Assembly: GCA_022340545.1 (NCBI GenBank)
Contig: JAJDNV010000272.1
Coordinates: 1-56,640, forward strand
Reading direction: 5' to 3'
DNA: 56,640 bases
Origin: Acidobacteriota bacterium
Lineage (GTDB): Bacteria; Acidobacteriota; Vicinamibacteria; Fen-336
The stretch's first letter is position 1; the number at the start of each line of letters is the position of its first letter. Shown here piece by piece: positions 7,547 through 15,658 of the stretch. Position numbers and translations under genes: made by a program. Below the pieces are notes generated by a model. That model was not told the origin of the DNA. It worked only from the letters and a program-made list of their open reading frames with translations, and ran no database searches.

Positions 7547-8851
7547 CTACTGGCAGGGTGGAGGGAGCGCGTCGAGACGATGCTTTTCCCTCAGTCGCTC
7601 TGCGGCCTCGGCGTTCACGGAGGCCGCAAAGGGCTGCATCACATCCCAATCGAGCGGCTCGCCGAGACCGTCGATGACACCCTGACGGAAGAAGAGCGGC
7701 GGATCCCCCTGGAGATAGCGAAGGGCGAGCTGAGCGCCGCAGCGCGGCTCCACGTCGAGGGCGCGGAGGACGATGTCGCGCCGCGTCTCCGGGTCGGGTG
7801 TCCGCTCGAAGAGGGCGGCCAGCTCGCTGGCGGTCGTCACCCGCTCGTTGCTTCCGGGTAGGAGCTCGGCCGAGGGGTCCGACGCCGCCGGCGCGGTCTC
7901 GGCGGTGGCCACGTCGGTCGGGGGAGGGGCAGAGACTCCCGGGGCGCTTCGGGAGACACCGTGCGGGGAGGGAGCGGCGACGAGGAGCGCCACATAACCA
8001 ACGGAGACCACGACAGCGACCGCGCCCGCCAGGGACGGAGAGCTCCTGCGCCACAGTCCGGCCAGGGCCAGCTCGACCCCCAGAAACAGCGCCACCGCCG
8101 GCCCGACAGAGAAGTCGAGGCGGTGGGCGAAGAGGAGACCGAGAAGCGCCCCGAGCGTCCCCGCGCCCCAGGTGATGAGCAGGCGCTTCCCGACGTGGCC
8201 GGTGAAGAGCGCCGAGACGGTGGCCGGGATGATCAGGAAGGCAAAGACCACGACCACGCCGCCGATCCGGACGGCGAAGGTGATGACGACGCCGAGCAAC
8301 GCGTAGAAGAGGAAGTCCCAGGCCACCACCTTCATGCCGTCCCGGACCGCACCGTCGTAGTCGCGGGAGATCCTCTGGAAGGGATGGCGCAGCACGGAGA
8401 AGCAGATCCCCACCGCTCCGAAGACCACGACACAGAGGAGAAGGTCCGTCCACGAGGCCCACAGGATGCTGCCCGCCAGCATGTGCTGGGTGTGCACGTG
8501 GCCACCGGGCGCGATGCCAATGAGGAAGAGAGCGGTCGCGGCGGCGATGGCGTAGGAGACGCCGATCACCGCCTCCTGGGAGATCTGGAGCACCTTGCGC
8601 CGAGCCAGGGCGTAGAAGGCCGCCGCCCCCAGGGCCAGCGCGAGGGACGCCACGTAGGTCAGCAGGGAGTGCCCTTCGACACCGAAGGCGAGGTGGGCGC
8701 CAATGGCGCCCACGGCGACGATCTGGGCCAGGGCGATGTCGACGAAGACGATCTCCCGGCTCAGCACGTGGATGCCCAGATAGCCGAGTACGGCGGTCAT
8801 GGCGACGCAGACGAGGAAGGGAAGGCCGAGCAGCTCGACGAAGTGGAGCAT
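7547..8851 (-). CDS. ABC-3 family metal (Zn/Mn/Fe) ABC transporter permease with a ~145-aa C-terminal extension
   Basis: The first ~285 aa are typical ZnuB/TroD-like (VFVDIALAQIVAVGA, VVVFAFLIIPATVSALF). The C-terminal soluble extension (ELAALFERTPDPETRRDIVLRALD...) has no domain I recognise. Confidence 0.85.
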   Translation of the reverse strand: MLHFVELLGLPFLVCVAMTAVLGYLGIHVLSREIVFVDIALAQIVAVGAIGAHLAFGVEGHSLLTYVASLALALGAAAFYALARRKVLQISQEAVIGVSYAIAAATALFLIGIAPGGHVHTQHMLAGSILWASWTDLLLCVVVFGAVGICFSVLRHPFQRISRDYDGAVRDGMKVVAWDFLFYALLGVVITFAVRIGGVVVVFAFLIIPATVSALFTGHVGKRLLITWGAGTLGALLGLLFAHRLDFSVGPAVALFLGVELALAGLWRRSSPSLAGAVAVVVSVGYVALLVAAPSPHGVSRSAPGVSAPPPTDVATAETAPAASDPSAELLPGSNERVTTASELAALFERTPDPETRRDIVLRALDVEPRCGAQLALRYLQGDPPLFFRQGVIDGLGEPLDWDVMQPFAASVNAEAAERLREKHRLDALPPPCQ

Positions 8852-8867
8852 GGATCTTGCCGCCTCT

Positions 8868-9677
8868 CTACGATTGGGGAACGGCGACGCGGACGACCAG
8901 CGCCGCGGCGAAGAAGGCCCCGAGGGAGAGAATCAGGGTGGGTCCGTAGGGCAGATCGTGGAAGTAGGAGAGGGAGAGCCCGATCAGGCAGGCGGCCAGG
9001 CCGAGCCCCCAGCCGACGAGAACACCCAGCCCCCACCTCTTCGTGAACATCGCCGCGATGGCCGCTGGGATCATCAGGAAGGCGTAGGCGAGGAGGACGC
9101 CGGCAACCGGAACGATGAGCACGGTGATGACCCCCTGGGTCGTGAAGAAGAGGAAGTCCCAGAGCTTCTCCTGGCGCGGGCGGCCCGTCCCCTCGGCGAG
9201 GGCGATGAACTGGCGCCGGTAGACGAAGTGGAAGATCAGCAGCACCACGTACACCGCCGCCGTCACCCCGACGATGGGCCAGGAAACCCAGAGCATCGAC
9301 CCGGCCAGTGTCTTGGTGACGTAGGCCCCTCCCCCGGAGAGCTTGTCGCCCATGAGAAGGGAGGCGACCAGGGCCATGGCATAGAGGACCCCGATGATGG
9401 CCTCCCTCGGGATCATCGGGTTCCGGGGATTGAGCACGGCGAGCAGCAGGGCCCCCAGGAGGACGGCGGCGAGCGACATCAGATAGGACCCTGGCGACCC
9501 ATACCGGATCGCCAGGCCGATCCCGACCAGGGCCCCGAAGGCGGCGAGCTGGTCCAGCACCAGGTCGGAGAAGATCAGGGTGCGGCGGATCACGTGAAGG
9601 CCCAGGTACGTGTGGAGCACCAGGACGATGGCCAGCAACGTGATCTGGACCGCGAAGAAGTGGATGGATTCCGACAT
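8868..9677 (-). CDS. ABC-3 family metal ABC transporter permease
   Basis: 269 aa, ZnuB/TroC-like (LIFSDLVLDQLAAFGA, LLAYAFLMIPAAIAAMF). A paralogue of the downstream permease. Confidence 0.85.
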   Translation of the reverse strand: MSESIHFFAVQITLLAIVLVLHTYLGLHVIRRTLIFSDLVLDQLAAFGALVGIGLAIRYGSPGSYLMSLAAVLLGALLLAVLNPRNPMIPREAIIGVLYAMALVASLLMGDKLSGGGAYVTKTLAGSMLWVSWPIVGVTAAVYVVLLIFHFVYRRQFIALAEGTGRPRQEKLWDFLFFTTQGVITVLIVPVAGVLLAYAFLMIPAAIAAMFTKRWGLGVLVGWGLGLAACLIGLSLSYFHDLPYGPTLILSLGAFFAAALVVRVAVPQS

Positions 9678-9721
9678 GGCTCAATCACGCCCCTGATGGG
9701 GCCGGCACGGGCGGAGGGGGC

Positions 9722-10831
9722 TCAAGATCCGGTCTCCGGCAGCGATGCGGAGAGGAGGGCGGGTGTCTTCCCGACCGCGACGGCCGCCTCCGTCATTCGC
9801 TCCGTCCACAGGTCCACGAGCTGGAAGTAGTCGTCTACTCCCTCCTCGCCGCCGACATAGAGGGGAACGATCACCGGAACCGCGTCGACCCTCCGCGCGA
9901 CGGTGCGGACCTTCTGCTCGTCGAAGTAGTTGGCGGCAAGGATGATCCGGATCTTCCTCACCCGCATCAGGTCCACGAGCTCGGTGACGTGCCTTGGCGA
10001 GGGGGGGATGCCCGGCTTCGGCTCCACCGTGCCCGCCTCCTTGAGGGAGAACAGGGTCAGGAAGTACACCCAGTTCTTGTGGTAGGTCACGATCTCCATC
10101 CCACGCAGCGGGAGCATCCGCTTCATCCAGCCACCGAGGGAGTCGATGAGGGGCTTGCCGCGGAACTGCTGCTTCTCGAGGAAGGGGAGCAGGGTTCCCT
10201 TCTCGGCCATCGAGAAGAGGGTCTCCGACCCGAGGAGCTCGACGAGCTCGGGCCCGAACAGCCGCCGGTCGATCTCCTTCAGGAATGCCTCGAGGTTCGC
10301 CTCGTAACATTCCTTTCCGTCCGGGTCGTTCTTGACCAGACCGATGGTGATGTTCCGGGCCGCGGTCTTCACATTGAGTGGGCTGCAGGTGACGTGGGGG
10401 TTGCCGTAGACGTGGACACCCCCTTCCGAGCGGGAGATGTTGGCGGGCACCTCCAGCAGGTCCACGCCGCGGGAGGTGGCCACGTAGCCGGGCCGGCCGC
10501 TTCTCACCCGGACGTTCCCCGATTTGTCCACCACCGTGGGGAGCCAAAGCTCGAGGTCCAACCCCGTCGCGACCAGCATGTCCGCCTGGTTGACCATCTC
10601 GACGAAGGAGGGCTTGGGCCGGATGAAGTGCGCGTCCTGGTCGCCTTGAACGATGGCCTGGACCGAGACACGTTCCCCCCCGATAGCGCGGGTGATGACG
10701 GCGTAGTCCGGCAGGGTGGCCACGACAGAGAGAACGGGGCCGGAAGAGGGCGGGGAGCAGTCGGCCGCCGAGGCCAGGGGGGTGGCGCTGAGGGTCAGAA
10801 GGAACAGCGAAGTTGCAGCTGCACATCTCAT
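9722..10831 (-). CDS. Metal ABC transporter substrate-binding protein (ZnuA/TroA cluster-9 family)
   Basis: Signal peptide (LFLLTLSATPLASAADC), followed by TLPDYAVITRAIGGERVSVQAIV...DAHFIRPKPS...GNPHV, typical of TroA-like binding proteins. Confidence 0.85.
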   Translation of the reverse strand: MRCAAATSLFLLTLSATPLASAADCSPPSSGPVLSVVATLPDYAVITRAIGGERVSVQAIVQGDQDAHFIRPKPSFVEMVNQADMLVATGLDLELWLPTVVDKSGNVRVRSGRPGYVATSRGVDLLEVPANISRSEGGVHVYGNPHVTCSPLNVKTAARNITIGLVKNDPDGKECYEANLEAFLKEIDRRLFGPELVELLGSETLFSMAEKGTLLPFLEKQQFRGKPLIDSLGGWMKRMLPLRGMEIVTYHKNWVYFLTLFSLKEAGTVEPKPGIPPSPRHVTELVDLMRVRKIRIILAANYFDEQKVRTVARRVDAVPVIVPLYVGGEEGVDDYFQLVDLWTERMTEAAVAVGKTPALLSASLPETGS

Positions 10832-10846
10832 GGCTTCGTCTCCTCG

Positions 10847-12292
10847 TCAGTAGCGTTCATGCTTGTGGGGACCGGCAGCGAAGATGAGCTGGAAGGTCAG
10901 GGAGTCCTCGGAGGGCTCGACCCCCTTCCGGTCCAGGTGGTTGTACTCGACTCGGTACTTGACGAACGGGCTCTGCTGATAGGTGAGGTAGGGGCTCACC
11001 TGCCAGAAGGAGACATCGTCTCGGTAGGCATGGGGAGCGAGAGAGCTGGTGGCGTAGCCCTTCTGATCGGGTTTGAAGTAGTCCAGCCGGACCCCCAGAT
11101 CCAGCTTCCGATTCAGCTTCGACTCGAGGTAGGTGAACGCCCCCCAGGCGGAGAGGGAGTCGCTTCCCGAGCCGTCCGGAGCCAGGATGTCCCGGTCGAG
11201 CAGGTAGAGCTCGCTGCGCCAGACCACGTTGCGGTAGCGCATCCGGTCGGTGGGCTCCCAGACGAGGTTGAGGTCTGCCCCGAGCACCCGTGCCGGCCGG
11301 CGGTCGTGTACGGTTGCTGAGCTCCCGTTCTGCTCGATCGTCCACTCGTCCTTCCAGCCGACGATGCCAGAGAGCCCCAGCTCGAGGTAGGTGCTCCGGG
11401 AGAGGTCACGGTAGTTCTTGTAGTGGAGGAGGACGGAGGGGGTGCTCAGGGTGCTGCCGGAGAAGAGACGTCCGTTCTCGCCGTTGGTGACCTGGGTGGT
11501 GAGCTCCTGGGAGGCGTTCCAGAGGCGCGGCAGCACCCAGTCAAAGGCGAAGCCGGTCTGGTTCAGGCCCCCCTCACCGAAGATCTGCCTCAGGGCCAGC
11601 GGAAAGTCGGTCTGATCGAGGCCGTGCTTGTGCCAGCGGTTGACCACCCCAAACTGCTGGCGGAACTTGCCGAAGGTGAGGTTGAAGCCCTCGAGGAGCC
11701 CGTAGCGCATCATGTAGGCCTCCCCCAGCTCGGCCCCGCCTCCCGACACGGGGATCGCTGCCTTGAACCGCGTGTAGGGATCCAGGTAGCTCTCCAGGTG
11801 GAGCCCGAGGGTGCGGAACCCGATATTCGAGTGCTGCTCGGATCCTTCCTGGTGCCGGTACGTGGCGAGCATGTCTCCGGTGACGCTGATCTCCGGGTTG
11901 AGGGCCTGAAGGCTGAGCCCCCTGGCGGTGAAGGTGACCTCCTTCTCCTCCTCCTTCCCCTCTTCGGCCCTGGCCGCCTCGGCCTCGGCGAGCCGGCGGA
12001 GGTCGGCCAGCTCATCCTCCTCGGCCGCGATCGGCGTAGCCCTCTCGGCACGGAGTGTCCGGATCTCCTCCTTCAGCGCCTTCATTTCCTCTGCATGGCG
12101 CCTCTCCATCTCTGTGATCTGGCGCTGAAGATCGACGAGCTGCTGCTCGAGCCGGACCATCGGCTCCGGCGAAGCGGCATCGACCTCGGCCAGACCGCGG
12201 CCGGGAACGCCAAGCAGGAAGAGGGAGGCCGTTGCGGTGGCCGCCAGGGCCAGCCGCCGGGCACGCGTCCGTCGCCTGCGGAATGTCTTCAC
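10847..12292 (-). CDS. Outer-membrane beta-barrel porin-like protein with an N-terminal coiled coil
   Basis: GTG start 5 nt after GGGAGG. Signal peptide, a ~90-aa Glu/Arg-rich coiled coil, then alternating beta-strand-like sequence ending in aromatic-rich strands (...SLTFQLIFAAGPHKHERY). Confidence 0.7.
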   Translation of the reverse strand: MKTFRRRRTRARRLALAATATASLFLLGVPGRGLAEVDAASPEPMVRLEQQLVDLQRQITEMERRHAEEMKALKEEIRTLRAERATPIAAEEDELADLRRLAEAEAARAEEGKEEEKEVTFTARGLSLQALNPEISVTGDMLATYRHQEGSEQHSNIGFRTLGLHLESYLDPYTRFKAAIPVSGGGAELGEAYMMRYGLLEGFNLTFGKFRQQFGVVNRWHKHGLDQTDFPLALRQIFGEGGLNQTGFAFDWVLPRLWNASQELTTQVTNGENGRLFSGSTLSTPSVLLHYKNYRDLSRSTYLELGLSGIVGWKDEWTIEQNGSSATVHDRRPARVLGADLNLVWEPTDRMRYRNVVWRSELYLLDRDILAPDGSGSDSLSAWGAFTYLESKLNRKLDLGVRLDYFKPDQKGYATSSLAPHAYRDDVSFWQVSPYLTYQQSPFVKYRVEYNHLDRKGVEPSEDSLTFQLIFAAGPHKHERY

Positions 12293-12379
12293 GATAGCCT
12301 CCCGGCCCCAGAGGGACCCTAGGATTCCTCGAAGCTCAGGCCGGTTGCTCTACACCGGCCTGAGACGTGGCGGTCGAGG

Positions 12380-12697
12380 CTATGCCGGGGGGGCGCGCGA
12401 CGGACTGTGGTCGTCGGCGCGGAGGAGACGCGCCGGCCGCTCGCGGGGCGGGGCCAGGAGCCGCGGCGGCGCCGGAGGCTCCACGAGGCCTGCCGCCGCC
12501 ACCAGCGGCACAAGGTGATACCCGAGCTTGCACATCGGACACGCGTGCGGAGCATCGTCCCGGTGCCACGGGCCCGGTACTTGGGCAGCGGTGACACCCA
12601 GAACGAACACGATGCCGGACAACAGAGCCAGCGCACTGCGCCACCGCCGGCCGGTCTGTCGCTGTGCCGACAACTGATGTCCTTTCCGAACTCGCAT
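12380..12697 (-). CDS. Small membrane-anchored protein with an HxCPxC motif (DUF2946-like?)
   Basis: The ATG is about 26 nt downstream of the predicted TSS of a consensus sigma-54 promoter. One TM helix (ALALLSGIVFVLGVTAA), then HACPMCKLGYH. The C-terminal half is low complexity, so the call is tentative. Confidence 0.4.
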   Translation of the reverse strand: MRVRKGHQLSAQRQTGRRWRSALALLSGIVFVLGVTAAQVPGPWHRDDAPHACPMCKLGYHLVPLVAAAGLVEPPAPPRLLAPPRERPARLLRADDHSPSRAPPA

Positions 12698-12733
12698 CGA
12701 CCCCAGAAGACTGTCAGAGTCAAGACATGAGGT

Positions 12734-12750
12734 AGCAAGGTCTGTGCCAG
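12734..12750 (-). promoter_or_regulatory. Sigma-54 (-24/-12) promoter, consensus match, for the minus-strand metal-uptake operon
   Basis: The minus strand reads CTGGCACAGACCTTGCTA: TGGCAC (12749-12744), N5, TTGC (12738-12735). It is intergenic and correctly oriented, with the -12 GC about 38 nt upstream of the ATG at 12697. Confidence 0.65.
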
Positions 12751-12834
12751 AGGAGGCCGTCGCGCCCGCCTTCGCTCCAGCCGCTCCCCCTGGACGGTCA
12801 GCGCAGACTCACCGCACCAACTCCCGTCATCTCG

Positions 12835-12851
12835 CTGGCGCTGGTCTTGCA
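12835..12851 (+). promoter_or_regulatory. Sigma-54-like (-24/-12) promoter facing the ArsP_2 transporter gene
   Basis: CTGGCGCTGGTCTTGCA: TGGCGC (12836-12841), N5, TTGCA (12847-12851), one mismatch to TGGCAC-N5-TTGCA. Caveat: the predicted TSS (~12862) is only about 4 nt before the ATG at 12866, so the mRNA would be nearly leaderless. Confidence 0.4.
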
Positions 12852-12865
12852 GGGCTCGATGGACG

Positions 12866-13876
12866 ATGCTCAGCCACGTCCTGGCCCAGTCCCTCGAGGT
12901 CACGGTATTCGTGGCCGTCATGATGATCGGCGTCGAGTACCTCAACGTCCTCACCCGGGGTGCCTGGGCGCAGACCCTGGCTGCCTCCAGGTCCCGCCAG
13001 TACCTGCTCGCCGTGCTGCTGGGGGCGACGCCCGGCTGCCTCGGCGCGTTTGCCGTCGTGGCGCTCTACTCGCACCGCATGGTGTCCTTCGGGGCACTCG
13101 TCGCCGCGATGATCGCCACGAGCGGCGACGAGGCCTTCGTCATGCTCGCTCTGTTCCCCGGGACCGCGCTTGTGTTGACGGTGGGCCTCGCGCTCCTCGG
13201 CTGGGTGGCGGGTGTCGCCACCGATCTCCTGCGCCTGTCCCCGTCGAGAGCCGATCACGGCTTCGAACTGCACGAGGAGGACGATTGCCAGTGCTTCCCG
13301 GGAGCGCAGGTTCTCGATCAGCTTCGGGAGCCGAGCGTGGCCCGTGGGTCCCTCGCGCTGGCCATCCTCGTGTTCATCACCGTCCTTGCGACCGGGTCCT
13401 TCGTGGCGCCTCCCTCCGTCTGGCTTCGCGCCATCCTGCTGGGCCTCGGGCTCTTCACGCTGTTCGTGGTCCTCACGGTCCCCGACCACTTCCTCGAGGC
13501 GCACCTGTGGCGCCACGTCGTGCTCCAGCACGTCCCTCGGATCTTCGCGTGGACGGCAGGTGCGCTCCTCCTGACCGAGCTGGCGATGAAGGTCTGGCCG
13601 GAGTCGACGCCTTCGGCAACGACCCACTGGATCGCCCTGGCCGGAGCCTCGCTCCTCGGCCTGATCCCGGAGTCCGGGCCCCATCTCTTGTTCGTCACGC
13701 TCTTCGAGCAGGGACTCGTCCCTCTCAGCACGCTGGTGGCCAGCTCCATCGTCCAGGACGGACACGGCACGCTCCCCCTGCTGGCCTATTCGCGGTCCGA
13801 CTTCCTGAAGGTCAAGGCGGTCAATCTCGCCGTGGGGCTCGCCATCGGAGCGGCCATGATGGCGCTGGGGTCGTGA
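12866..13876 (+). CDS. ArsP_2-family (putative 10-TM heavy-metal / manganese) transporter
   Basis: Matches the family signature: GATPGCLGAFAVVALYSHRMVSFGALVAAMIATSGDEAFVMLALFP. Second conserved half: LGLIPESGPHLLFVTLF...IVQDGHG. Confidence 0.8.
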   Translation: MLSHVLAQSLEVTVFVAVMMIGVEYLNVLTRGAWAQTLAASRSRQYLLAVLLGATPGCLGAFAVVALYSHRMVSFGALVAAMIATSGDEAFVMLALFPGTALVLTVGLALLGWVAGVATDLLRLSPSRADHGFELHEEDDCQCFPGAQVLDQLREPSVARGSLALAILVFITVLATGSFVAPPSVWLRAILLGLGLFTLFVVLTVPDHFLEAHLWRHVVLQHVPRIFAWTAGALLLTELAMKVWPESTPSATTHWIALAGASLLGLIPESGPHLLFVTLFEQGLVPLSTLVASSIVQDGHGTLPLLAYSRSDFLKVKAVNLAVGLAIGAAMMALGS

Positions 13877-13891
13877 GCGTGGCGCCGGGCC

Positions 13892-13907
13892 GGGCACGGC
13901 GATTGCT
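13892..13907 (+). promoter_or_regulatory. Sigma-54 (-24/-12) promoter in front of the nucleotidyltransferase gene
   Basis: GGGCACGGCGATTGCT: GGCAC (13893-13897), N5, TTGCT (13903-13907). It lies 17 nt after the stop of the upstream gene. The predicted TSS (~13918) leaves a 28-nt leader with GAGGGA 6 nt before the ATG at 13946. Confidence 0.5.
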
Positions 13908-13945
13908 CTGGGTGTGCGTGGCCACTCTGCAGCGAGGGATGGACC

Positions 13946-14836
13946 ATGTCCGATCACCTGTGGGCACTCGTGCTCGCCGCCGGTGAGGGAAGCCGGATCC
14001 AACACCTGACGACCGATGCAAAGGGGCGAAGGGTGCCCAAGCAGTACGCCTCGCTCAACGGGGATCCGTCCGTGTTGCGCAAGACGTTGGATCGGGCCGA
14101 GCGCATGGTGCCTCGCGAACGAGTGGCGGTGGTCGTCGCTACTCACCACCAGGAGTTGTGGGAGAAGGAGTTGACGAACCTGCCGCCCTGGAACGTCATA
14201 GTCCAGCCCCGGAACCGTGGGACAGGGCTCGGCCTGCTGCTGGGCTTGCTGCACATTCGGCTCCGCGACCCGCGGTGTGAGCTCCTGGTTCTCCCGTCCG
14301 ATCACCACGTCGCCGACGAGGACGCGCTGAGAGAGTCCCTGCTGCGGGCGGTCGAGCACTCCGGGCAGGCCGGGGGGCGCCCGACGCTCCTGGGGGTGAC
14401 TCCCGAGCAGACGGACAAAGAGCTGGGCTGGATCCTCAACGCCAGGTCCGTGAGCCCACACATCCGAAGCGTGGTCGGCTTCGTGGAGAAGCCTGTCCCG
14501 TCCGTCGCGCGCCGGCTGGTGTCGGATGGCGCCCTCATCAACAGCATGATCCTCGCGGCCGGCGGAAACGCCCTGCTGCGTCTCTTCCAGGCCACGGAGC
14601 CCCAGACCGTCGAGCTCGTCGGCAAGCGCCTGATCGCGAGCGAGGGGCGGACCCAGGAGCTCGACGACCTCTACGAGGCGCTGCCCACCTGCGACTTCTC
14701 CCGCGACATTCTCGAAAAGGCCGCCGGGCAGCTGGCGGTTGTCCCGACCCGGCCCTGTGGCTGGACCGACATCGGCACCCCCGAGCGCCTGAGCCGCGTC
14801 CTCGAGCGGCACCCGAAGAGCGCCTGCGTCGCCTGA
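13946..14836 (+). CDS. Sugar-phosphate nucleotidyltransferase (mannose-1-phosphate guanylyltransferase-like, N-terminal domain type)
   Basis: LVLAAGEGSRI...VPKQYASL...VVVATHH...PRNRGTG...LPSDH, as in ManC/CpsB-type nucleotidyltransferases. Confidence 0.75.
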   Translation: MSDHLWALVLAAGEGSRIQHLTTDAKGRRVPKQYASLNGDPSVLRKTLDRAERMVPRERVAVVVATHHQELWEKELTNLPPWNVIVQPRNRGTGLGLLLGLLHIRLRDPRCELLVLPSDHHVADEDALRESLLRAVEHSGQAGGRPTLLGVTPEQTDKELGWILNARSVSPHIRSVVGFVEKPVPSVARRLVSDGALINSMILAAGGNALLRLFQATEPQTVELVGKRLIASEGRTQELDDLYEALPTCDFSRDILEKAAGQLAVVPTRPCGWTDIGTPERLSRVLERHPKSACVA

Positions 14837-15118
14837 CAAGGCGGGATAGTCCCCACGTGATGCGGAATAAGCCGCGGGTGGGGTTCGGCCTACCCACCGC
14901 TCGCAGCGGGGGATGGGATTCGGGGTGCCGGCCTCGCGGCCGGCCCGGAGGGCCCGGGCTCGACGGCCCGCCGCTTGCAGGCATCCATGATCCGGGGGAC
15001 ACGGGACGAGGCGCCCAGATCCGACCCCCTCGCGTCGGCCGCGAGCCCGGACGGCACCGCGTCGGTCCCCCGCCACCCTGATGTCAGGGGAGGGCATCCA
15101 GATGGGAGGACCAGCACA

Positions 15119-15598
15119 ATGCCGATGGCCCTGATCGAGACGATCGACAGTCACCGTGGGGGTCTGCTCCGGGCTCTCGACAAGGTCGAGGCGCTCGTCG
15201 GGGCGCCAACGACCGGCGACGAGCTCGTAGCCGCAATCGAGACGGTGCGCCACAAGCTGCTCGCGCACGAGGTGACGGCGGGACGCTTCGTCGTTGGTCC
15301 GCTCAGGCACCTGCACCTGCTGGATGACAGGGAGCTCGACGCGCTCGGAGACGAGCGCGACCAGCTCTCCCAGGAGGCGGTCAGGCTCGTCAACGGCAGG
15401 CCGGACGCCAGGGCGGTGGCCGCCTTCGTCCTCGCCGTCCGAGATCACGTCGAGCGAAAGGCCCTGGCCGTCGCGCCCGTCGCCCGCTCCGCCCTCGCCG
15501 AGGGTCGCCTCTCTCCCGTGCCCCGGTGGTACGTGGAGGAGGTCTACGCGGAGCAGGGCGACCCGGAAGCGCGCCCGCCCGAGGAGTGGCTCGGGTAG
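15119..15598 (+). CDS. Hypothetical protein (possibly hemerythrin-like helical bundle)
   Basis: ATG 8 nt after GGGAGG. Natural amino acid composition with spaced His/Glu (DSHRGG, HKLLAHE, RDHVERK). The track ORF start at 14975 looks over-extended. Confidence 0.5.
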   Translation: MPMALIETIDSHRGGLLRALDKVEALVGAPTTGDELVAAIETVRHKLLAHEVTAGRFVVGPLRHLHLLDDRELDALGDERDQLSQEAVRLVNGRPDARAVAAFVLAVRDHVERKALAVAPVARSALAEGRLSPVPRWYVEEVYAEQGDPEARPPEEWLG

Positions 15599-15658
15599 GA
15601 CGCCCTTGGCGTGCACCCAGGCGTCGTGCCCAGGAGGCTCGAATGAGGTGCATGTCCG

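Noticed and set aside
14964-14979. CGGCCCGCCGCTTGCA, a sigma-54-like element 140 nt upstream of the 15119 gene
   Set aside because: The -24 box is weak (GGCCC) in an extremely GC-rich spacer where GG-N10-GC occurs easily by chance.
12827-15616. 929-aa minus-strand ORF spanning the ArsP_2, nucleotidyltransferase and hypothetical genes
   Set aside because: Arg/Gly/Pro/Glu-rich nonsense composition. It is antisense to three genes with clear family signatures, so it is a typical high-GC shadow ORF.
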